From a virus (lineage: Duplodnaviria; Heunggongvirae; Uroviricota; Caudoviricetes): a DNA stretch of 14,509 nt. The stretch is taken from the IMG/VR virus record IMGVR_UViG_2778261353_000006; one strand, given 5' to 3'. Of the stretch, positions 7,305-13,228 are shown piece by piece. Positions within the stretch are counted from its first letter, which is position 1. Each line of letters opens with the position of its first letter. A program made the position numbers and the translations under genes. Under the pieces are notes generated by a model, which saw nothing but the letters and a program-made list of their open reading frames with translations, was not told the origin of the DNA and ran no database searches.

Positions 7305-7515
7305 TGTTCAACCGCCCCGCCCGCTTTGCCTTACGATATTCGTCATAAACTTTGGGGTCGTACTGAAGTTCCCCGTCGGATGCCTCTTGCAGGCGCATCG
7401 CGCGACCTTCAGGAACCAGTTCCCCCCATTGAGAAACAGCAGATGGATCAACACCAGCAGCTTTCGCTACTTTGGCTTTCGTCCCATAAAAATTAATTAC
7501 GTCTGATTTAAACAT
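7288..7515 (-). CDS. dicC: Cro-like repressor DicC (YdaS/Cro family), 75 aa
   Basis: ATG at 7515 with GGAGGGG SD directly upstream; the track ORF starts at a TTG (7566) in the operator region. Sequence MFKSDVINFYGTKAKVAKAAGVDPSAVSQWGELVPEGRAMRLQEASDGELQYDPKVYDEYRK...; divergent from dicA. Confidence 0.8.
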   Translation of the reverse strand: MFKSDVINFYGTKAKVAKAAGVDPSAVSQWGELVPEGRAMRLQEASDGELQYDPKVYDEYRKAKRAGRLNNENHP

Positions 7516-7528
7516 CACCCCTCCAAAA

Positions 7529-7542
7529 TTGAGTTTTCTCAA
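7529..7542. promoter_or_regulatory. palindromic operator TTGAGttttCTCAA in the dicC-dicA divergent promoter region
   Basis: Perfect 5-4-5 palindrome between the divergent genes; the same motif recurs at 8063-8076. Confidence 0.45.
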
Positions 7543-7592
7543 TAGTAATAACTCAATGAATCTCAAGTCAAGGGTTATTAAGATATCTAAAT

Positions 7593-8000
7593 ATGAACGA
7601 GAAAACTTTAGGTCAACGAATTAGAGAAAGACGCAAACAGGTTGGTTTAAGTCAAAACGATTTAAGCAAAGCCGCTGGCGTATCTGGCTCATCAATTTCA
7701 CTATGGGAAAGCGACCATACAGCCCCGCGTGGGCAAAATTTGCATCGCCTGGCTGAGGTATTGCAATGTTCACCAACTTGGATACTGTTTGGTGACGAGG
7801 ATAAAACACCAGATCCACCAGTTGCACTCAACAGCGCCTTAGACTTATCGGAAGATGAGTTGGAGATGTTGCGATTGTATCGCGCACTTCCAAAATCAGA
7901 GCAGCAAGCACAAATCAGCGAACTCCGTGCCCGCGTTGAGAATTTTAATCGCCTATTCACCGAGCTACTAGAAGCTCGCAAACGTAACAAACATCAGTAA
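7593..8000 (+). CDS. dicA: DicA-like immunity repressor (XRE HTH, 135 aa)
   Basis: ATG at 7593; N-terminal HTH (LSQNDLSKAAGVSGSSISLWE); the LQCSPTWILFGDEDK motif and 135-aa length match E. coli DicA as recalled. Confidence 0.85.
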   Translation: MNEKTLGQRIRERRKQVGLSQNDLSKAAGVSGSSISLWESDHTAPRGQNLHRLAEVLQCSPTWILFGDEDKTPDPPVALNSALDLSEDELEMLRLYRALPKSEQQAQISELRARVENFNRLFTELLEARKRNKHQ

Positions 8001-8017
8001 CCCCCTTCACAAATTTT

Positions 8018-8052
8018 AAAGCCTTACATTTCAATGTATTGGCTTTATTTTG
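8018..8052 (+). terminator. weak AT-rich hairpin plus T-run after dicA
   Basis: AAAGCC-17 nt-GGCTTT followed by ATTTTG; low stability, so it may be a leaky terminator or nothing. Confidence 0.25.
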
Positions 8053-8062
8053 CATTAAATAT

Positions 8063-8113
8063 TGAGTTTTCTCATTAAAAACGCTTGACCAACATTCATG
8101 AGAAAACTAAATT
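8063..8113 (+). promoter_or_regulatory. promoter of the ydfABC-dicF-dicB operon flanked by operator half-sites
   Basis: -35 TTGACC (8085-8090), 17-nt spacer, -10 TAAATT (8108-8113); TTGAGTTTTCTCAT (8063-8076) upstream and inverted CATGAGAAAACTAA (8097-8110) within the spacer. Confidence 0.5.
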
Positions 8114-8189
8114 ACCACCCATCAAGACACCGCACGGTGTTCTCAGCAAACAGTTCCGCTACCCGGCGTTAAGGGGAAATGAGGTCAAC

Positions 8190-8345
8190 ATGGATACTAT
8201 CGATCTTGGTAACAACGAATCTCTGGTGTACGGCGTGTTTCCCAACCAGGACGGCACGTTCACCGCGATGACGTATACCAAAAGCAAAACGTTTAAAACC
8301 GAAAATGGTGCCCGTCGCTGGCTGGAAAGAAACTCAGGTGAGTGA
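8190..8345 (+). CDS. ydfA: YdfA-like small protein (51 aa)
   Basis: ATG at 8190 with GAGGT SD; MDTIDLGNNESLVYGVFPNQDGTFTAMTYTKSKTFKTENGARRWLERNSGE. The track start at 8085 is a TTG lying in the promoter -35. Confidence 0.8.
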   Translation: MDTIDLGNNESLVYGVFPNQDGTFTAMTYTKSKTFKTENGARRWLERNSGE

Positions 8346-8346
8346 T

Positions 8347-8475
8347 ATGGATTTCAACACAATCATGGAAAAGGCTTACGAAGAATACTTCGAAGGCCTT
8401 GCCGAAGGCGAAGAAGCCCTCAGCTTCAGCGAATTTAAACAGGCGCTTTCCAGTTCGGCAAAATCTAACGGCTGA
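8347..8475 (+). CDS. ydfB: YdfB-like small acidic protein (42 aa)
   Basis: ATG at 8347, AGGTGAG SD 6 nt upstream; MDFNTIMEKAYEEYFEGLAEGEEALSFSEFKQALSSSAKSNG. Not in the track (too short). Confidence 0.7.
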   Translation: MDFNTIMEKAYEEYFEGLAEGEEALSFSEFKQALSSSAKSNG

Positions 8476-8504
8476 TAAGCGAAGCAGCACCGCGAGGAAT
8501 CAGT

Positions 8505-8723
8505 ATGCAGAAACGAGAACCCGTCATCATCGCGCCAGACTATACCGATGATGAACTTTATGAGTGGATGCACCAGAAAATTAAGGCTGCGCAGGATCTG
8601 AAATGGGCCAATGAAGCCAGGGCTAAGCAGGCTGAAAATCTGTCCGCTCTGGAGCAGGATATCACCAATCTGGAAAAAGCAGCGGCATTAAGCATTGCCA
8701 GAATGATTACATACCCACGTTAA
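8505..8723 (+). CDS. ydfC: YdfC-like protein (72 aa)
   Basis: ATG at 8505 with GAGGAA SD; size and position match ydfC of Qin. Confidence 0.8.
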   Translation: MQKREPVIIAPDYTDDELYEWMHQKIKAAQDLKWANEARAKQAENLSALEQDITNLEKAAALSIARMITYPR

Positions 8724-8745
8724 TGGTTAACCAACGAGGCTAATA

Positions 8746-9153
8746 ATGGAATTTAAAGATTTACCAAAAGAAATCCAGATAATTGCTGCAACGACACTCG
8801 GTGATAGTCTGGTGAAAATTGACCCGGCATACACCAAAAAAGAAACCATCGATAATATGATTCGTAATGTGCGCAATGCTTTTTCAGGGCTATATGGTTC
8901 TGATAATCAAAAACAGGAAAACGATATTGATGAACGGGTAATTTCTGTTTGCCTGAATGGTCATGTTATTTCAGCAATCAGAACAGAAACGGCAACTGTT
9001 TTTGATTATCTCTGCATGATTCAGAGTCTTGCTGATGTTCTGTTGAAATCAAAAGATTTAGAAAACGATGCAAATTTACAGGGGCGCACAATAGCACATC
9101 CATATGCACATACTTTAGGCTCTGTGGATATCAAAGATCCCACAAATCTTTAA
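8746..9153 (+). CDS. hypothetical protein (135 aa), AT-rich cargo gene
   Basis: ATG at 8746, GAGG SD, 22 nt after the ydfC stop. Visibly lower GC than its neighbours; no family recognised. Confidence 0.7.
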   Translation: MEFKDLPKEIQIIAATTLGDSLVKIDPAYTKKETIDNMIRNVRNAFSGLYGSDNQKQENDIDERVISVCLNGHVISAIRTETATVFDYLCMIQSLADVLLKSKDLENDANLQGRTIAHPYAHTLGSVDIKDPTNL

Positions 9154-9364
9154 TGAAATAGTTAACGCAAATTGTACTTGCTCTTTCAGTTGCTTTCAGA
9201 ATACGCGTTGAAACTGCTGGCGGTAATTTAGTATTCCATTTATTAAAATCATGCCCGGGAAAGTACTCTTCGAAAATACTTTTAACTGCAGACTCGCCTA
9301 TTGAAATGCTGCTTACCATGCGATTTTGATAAAGGCATTTAGCAATAAGAGTTGATTTTAACAT
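9131..9364 (-). CDS. hypothetical protein (77 aa), convergent with the 135-aa gene
   Basis: ATG at 9364 with AAGGGTGA upstream; AT-rich; 3' end overlaps the 135-aa gene by 23 nt on the opposite strand. Confidence 0.5.
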   Translation of the reverse strand: MLKSTLIAKCLYQNRMVSSISIGESAVKSIFEEYFPGHDFNKWNTKLPPAVSTRILKATERASTICVNYFIKDLWDL

Positions 9365-9687
9365 TCACCCTTCTGAGGGTTGGTAATTAAGGAGTTCTCC
9401 ACGGGTGAGGTGGAGTGCGTGCGCCGGACACGGGTGAGCATCCGGCACTGACAGTTTACTGAAAGGATATATCCCTGAAAAGTCAGGGCATAACACGAAA
9501 GCGTACGGCGAAGGCCTTCACCTATGAGGCTTGTCGTTAAATTTAATTCGACCGTACGCTTCCGGTTGTGGCAATCCGCGAAATGGAGCGGCGGTAAGTA
9601 TGGCAGGGGTACTATTCTCCCTCCCCTGTGGAGCACCGGGTTGTCAGGTTGACCATACGCTTAAGTGACAACCCCGCTGCAACAACC

Positions 9688-9750
9688 CATGTTGATTACC
9701 TTTTGGCGGGTATCCGTTTTTTGTTTTCCCTTGTGATACCCGCCCTTTTT
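9688..9750 (+). ncRNA. dicF: DicF-like sRNA (5' end approximate) ending in an intrinsic terminator
   Basis: Perfect 10-bp stem GGCGGGTATC (9705-9714) / GATACCCGCC (9735-9744) followed by TTTTT (9746-9750). The ...UUUGGCGGGUAUC... core and the location about 185 nt upstream of dicB match DicF of Qin as recalled; the 5' part differs from K-12 DicF. Confidence 0.5.
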
Positions 9751-9756
9751 AAAGTG

Positions 9757-9914
9757 AATTTTGTGATGCGGTGAATGCGGCTCAGCGCACGCGGAACAGT
9801 TAAAAAGGCCAGTTGACTTCCGTATTGGTTCTTATGGGTGGGTTCTCTGTATCCGGCGTTAATTGTTAACTGGTTAACGTCACCTGGAGGCACCAGGCAC
9901 CGCATCACAAAATT
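9757..9914. repeat. 17-bp perfect long-range inverted repeat enclosing about 124 nt between DicF and dicB
   Basis: AATTTTGTGATGCGGTG (9757-9773) and its exact reverse complement CACCGCATCACAAAATT (9898-9914); internal GTTAAC-based palindromes; the dicB SD lies just 3' of the distal arm. Confidence 0.7.
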
Positions 9915-9933
9915 CATTGTTGAGGACGCGATA

Positions 9934-10122
9934 ATGGAAACGTTATTACCAAACGTTAATACGTCTGAAGGTTGCTTTGAAATTGGTGTCAAAATCAGTA
10001 ACCCAGTATTTACTGAAGATGCCATTAATAAGAGAAAACACGAACGGGAGCTATTAAATCAAATATGCATTGTTTCAATGCTGGCCCGTTTACGTCTGAT
10101 GCAAAAAGGATGCTGGCAGTGA
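9934..10122 (+). CDS. dicB: cell-division inhibitor DicB (62 aa)
   Basis: ATG at 9934 with GAGGA SD 7 nt upstream; METLLPNVNTSEGCFEIGVKISNPVFTEDAINKRKHERELLNQICIVSMLARLRLMQKGCWQ matches DicB as recalled. The track start at 9838 is a spurious extension. Confidence 0.85.
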   Translation: METLLPNVNTSEGCFEIGVKISNPVFTEDAINKRKHERELLNQICIVSMLARLRLMQKGCWQ

Positions 10123-10322
10123 ATACAGCATTTGCACTCGCTCTGACAGTTTATCTTAATACTGGCGAGCCTGTTAATCTGGTTATTGACATTTACGGTT
10201 CAATGAAAGAATGCACGGCTGCCGCAGCGGAACAGAAAATTCCCGGCAACTGTTATCCGGTCGATAAAGTTATTCACATGGATAATAACGAAATCCCGGC
10301 AGGACTTAAAACAGCGCCGTAA
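10119..10322 (+). CDS. ydfD: YdfD-like small protein with N-terminal hydrophobic segment
   Basis: GTG at 10119 overlaps the dicB stop (GTGA) with AAGGA 8 nt upstream; alternative ATG at 10110. NTAFALALTVYL... hydrophobic start then ...EQKIPGNCYPVDKVIHMDNNEIPAGL. Confidence 0.6.
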   Translation: MNTAFALALTVYLNTGEPVNLVIDIYGSMKECTAAAAEQKIPGNCYPVDKVIHMDNNEIPAGLKTAP

Positions 10323-10401
10323 TTAATATCCGGTTTCATTTTATATGCCAGCAATGGCAGGGATTTGTTCACCCTTAAATCTGTAATGAGGTTAAAACAA
10401 C

Positions 10402-12873
10402 ATGAGTAAAGTCTTTATTTGCGCCGCTATTCCGGACGAACAGGCAATAAAGGAAGAAGGTGCAGTCGCTGTAGCCACTGCCATTGAAGCTGGCGACGAA
10501 CGCCGCGCCCGTGCCAAATTTACCTGGCAATTCCTGGAGCAATATCCGGCTGCTCAGGACTGCGCTTATAAATTTCTTGTTTGCGAGGATAAACCCGGTA
10601 TACCCCGCCCTGCCCTCGATTCCTGGGATGCTGAATATATGCAGGAAAACCGCTGGGATGAGGAGTCAGCTTCCTTTGTCCCGGTTGAGACTGAATCAGA
10701 TCCGATGAACGTCACTTTTGACAACCTAGCCCCTGAAGTACAGAACGCTGTCATGGTTAAGTTCGACACATGTGAAAACATCACTGTTGATATGGTGATT
10801 AGCGCACAGGAATTGTTGCAGGAAGACATGGCAACATTCGACGGCCATATCGTTGAAGCGTTGATGAAAATGCCAGAAGTTAACGCTATGTATCCGGAGC
10901 TTAAGCTGCATGCCATCGGGTGGGTTAAGCATAAATGTAAGCCTGGTGCCAAATGGCCCGAAATTCAGGCAGAGATGCGCATCTGGAAAAAACGTCGCGA
11001 AGGTGAACGCAAGGAAGCCGGAAAATACACGTCTGTTGTTGATCTCGCCCGCGCCAGAGCCAATCAACAGCACACTGAAAATTCAACAGGAAAAATCAAC
11101 CCGGTCATTGCTGCCATTCATCGCGAATACAAGCAGACATGGAAAACACTGGATGACGAACTGGCCTACGCTCTCTGGCCTGGTGATGTGGATGCCGGAA
11201 ACATTGACGGCAGCATCCATCGCTGGGCAAAAAATGAAGTTATCGACAACGACCGCGAAGACTGGAAGCGTATCTCGGCATCAATGCGCAAACAGCCTGA
11301 TGCCCTTCGCTACGACCGCCAGACTATTTTTGGCCTTGTCCGTGAACGTCCGATCGACATTCACAAAGACCCTGTGGCACTGAACAAATACATTACTGAA
11401 TACCTGACTACAAAGGGCGTGTTTGAAGATGAAGGAACAAATCAGAGCGCAACTGATACTCTCTCGTCGCCAGTACCAGAAACTGATGCAGTGGAAACGG
11501 CAATTCCGGACAACGAAAAAACCGAATGCAAAGTGGAAGTCGAACCATCTGTAGAACGTGAGGGGCCGTTCTACTTCCTCTTCACCGACAAGGATGGCGA
11601 AAAATACGGTCGCGCAAACAAACTTTCTGGTCTGGATAAGGCGCTGTCTGCCGGGGCTACTGAAATCACGAAAGAAGAATATTTCGCCCGCAAAAACGGT
11701 ACATACTCAGGTTCACAACAAAATACTGGTGCATCTGACACGACCGCACAACCAGGGTCAGTAAAAGTTACCGCTGACGAAGTAAACAACATTATGCAGG
11801 CAGCCAATATCAGCCAGCCTGACGCCGATGAACTGCTTGCAGTATCACGTGGTGAATTTGTTGAAGGGATTAGCGACCCGAATGATCCGAAATGGGTGAA
11901 GGGAATTGAAACCCGCGATTCTGTGAACCAGAACCAGCAAGAAACGGAACAGAACGGCCAGAAAGCGGATCAAAACAGCCCAAATACGCAACAAAACGAG
12001 CCAGAAACGAAACAATCCGAACCAGTAGCGCAACAGGAACCGGAAAAGATCTGCACCGCCTGCGGTCAGACCGGCGGCGGCAACTGCCCTGATTGTGGCG
12101 CGATGATGGGCGACGCAACATACCAGGAAACGTTCGATGACGAGAATCAGGTCGAAGTTCAGGAAGACAATTCGGAGAAAATGGAAGGCGCTGAACATCC
12201 ACACAAGGAGAATGCTGGCAGCGCTCAGGACCACGCCAGCGATAGTGAAACTGGCGAGACGGCAGATCCCTTAATTGCGGTGAACAGTCATCACATTATC
12301 ACATCCACCAGCAGAGTGTGGACTCACCTGTCGGTCGACCTTGAAACGATGGGAACAAATCCTGATGCACCAATCAACTCTATTGGCGGTAAATTCTTTG
12401 ACCCGACAACCGGAGAGATGGGGCCGGAATTCAGCAAAGCTATCGATCTGGAAACATCTGGCGGAATCATCGACCGGAAAACAATAAAGTGGTGGGCGAA
12501 GCGATCACGCGAAGCGCAATCTGCCATTTTTACCGATGAAATCCCGTTAGATGACGCTCTACTGCAATTACGGGAATTTATCAACGAAAACTCCGGCGAA
12601 AGCTTTGTCCAGATCTGGGGAAATGGAGCCAACTTCGACAATGTGATTTTACGCCGTTCATATGAACGGCAGGGGATCCCCTGCCCGTGGCGTTACTACA
12701 ACGATCGCGATGTGCGCACAATTGTTGAACTGGGAAATTCCATTGGCTTTGATGTCAGAATGGCTATTCCATTCGAAGGTGTACCCCACAATGCACTTGA
12801 TGATGCACGTCACCAGGCAAAACAAGTTTCAGCAATCTGGCAAAAACTGATCCCAAGTCAGGCTGATTTTTAA
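10402..12873 (+). CDS. exodeoxyribonuclease VIII-like / YdfE-family protein (823 aa) with Cys4 zinc ribbon and C-terminal DEDDh (DnaQ-like) 3'-5' exonuclease domain
   Basis: ATG at 10402, GAGGT SD. C-terminal motifs VDLETMG (Exo I), GANFDNVIL (Exo II), HNALDDARHQ (Exo III). CTACGQTGGGNCPDCG zinc ribbon and Q/E/N-rich linkers in the middle. Occupies the exo/recE slot upstream of xis-int. Confidence 0.85.
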   Translation: MSKVFICAAIPDEQAIKEEGAVAVATAIEAGDERRARAKFTWQFLEQYPAAQDCAYKFLVCEDKPGIPRPALDSWDAEYMQENRWDEESASFVPVETESDPMNVTFDNLAPEVQNAVMVKFDTCENITVDMVISAQELLQEDMATFDGHIVEALMKMPEVNAMYPELKLHAIGWVKHKCKPGAKWPEIQAEMRIWKKRREGERKEAGKYTSVVDLARARANQQHTENSTGKINPVIAAIHREYKQTWKTLDDELAYALWPGDVDAGNIDGSIHRWAKNEVIDNDREDWKRISASMRKQPDALRYDRQTIFGLVRERPIDIHKDPVALNKYITEYLTTKGVFEDEGTNQSATDTLSSPVPETDAVETAIPDNEKTECKVEVEPSVEREGPFYFLFTDKDGEKYGRANKLSGLDKALSAGATEITKEEYFARKNGTYSGSQQNTGASDTTAQPGSVKVTADEVNNIMQAANISQPDADELLAVSRGEFVEGISDPNDPKWVKGIETRDSVNQNQQETEQNGQKADQNSPNTQQNEPETKQSEPVAQQEPEKICTACGQTGGGNCPDCGAMMGDATYQETFDDENQVEVQEDNSEKMEGAEHPHKENAGSAQDHASDSETGETADPLIAVNSHHIITSTSRVWTHLSVDLETMGTNPDAPINSIGGKFFDPTTGEMGPEFSKAIDLETSGGIIDRKTIKWWAKRSREAQSAIFTDEIPLDDALLQLREFINENSGESFVQIWGNGANFDNVILRRSYERQGIPCPWRYYNDRDVRTIVELGNSIGFDVRMAIPFEGVPHNALDDARHQAKQVSAIWQKLIPSQADF

Positions 12874-12884
12874 TGTTCAACCAT

Positions 12885-12916
12885 CGCCGGTTGTGACTGG
12901 TATTCTGCAACCGGCG
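12885..12916 (+). other. 9-bp stem / 14-nt loop hairpin between the exonuclease gene and xis
   Basis: CGCCGGTTG (12885-12893) / CAACCGGCG (12908-12916); no downstream T-run, so not a canonical terminator. Confidence 0.3.
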
Positions 12917-12942
12917 CTCATCTGAAGTAAGAGATAAAAGCA

Positions 12943-13194
12943 ATGAGCGAAGTAATCATGATTGTCTCTCCCGGTAAATGGGTATCCGAAGAACAGCTAA
13001 TTGCACTGAAAGGAATAAAAAAGGGAACGCTAAAAAAAGCCAGGGAAAAATCGTTTATGGAAGGAAGGGAGTATAAGCATGTCGCCCATGACTGTATGCC
13101 ATGGGATAACAGCCCATGCTTTTACAACCTGGAAGAAATTGACCGCTGGATTGAGCGCCAGGCATCGGCAAGACCAAGACGTCATCTTACCTGA
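12943..13194 (+). CDS. xis: excisionase-like protein (83 aa)
   Basis: ATG at 12943, immediately upstream of int; the ...WVSEEQLIALKGIKKGTLKKAREKSFMEGREYKHV...CFYNLEEIDRWIE pattern resembles prophage excisionase-like proteins as I recall them. Confidence 0.7.
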   Translation: MSEVIMIVSPGKWVSEEQLIALKGIKKGTLKKAREKSFMEGREYKHVAHDCMPWDNSPCFYNLEEIDRWIERQASARPRRHLT

Positions 13195-13228
13195 CCAAAA
13201 GTAACACTAACCAACGAGAGAAGCTGAA

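Noticed and set aside
7516-7566. Track extension of dicC to 7566
   Set aside because: It begins at a TTG inside the operator/promoter region; ATG 7515 has a strong SD directly upstream.
8085-8189. Track extension of ydfA back to 8085
   Set aside because: The start is a TTG that is itself the -35 hexamer (TTGACC) of the operon promoter; a proper ATG with SD occurs at 8190 and gives the 51-aa YdfA-size product.
9358-9636. 92-aa minus-strand ORF over the GC-rich block
   Set aside because: GTG start, no SD, Arg/Cys/Leu-rich low-complexity translation; the region looks like structured non-coding sequence.
9524-9652. 42-codon plus-strand ORF (MRLVVKFNSTVRFRLWQSAKWSGG...) in the same block
   Set aside because: Only a weak, distant SD and a basic low-complexity product; more likely a chance frame in structured RNA, though a leader peptide cannot be excluded.
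9838-9933. Track extension of dicB back to 9838
   Set aside because: The extension runs through the structured spacer and inverted-repeat arm; ATG 9934 with GAGGA SD yields the 62-aa DicB.
10484-12641. Multiple ORFs inside the 823-aa exonuclease gene on both strands (e.g. 10566..10952 -, 10910..11383 +, 11845..12234 -, 12324..12641 -)
   Set aside because: All are embedded in the long, motif-bearing exonuclease frame; the hydrophobic or Arg-rich translations are typical shadow ORFs of a Q/E/N-rich coding region.
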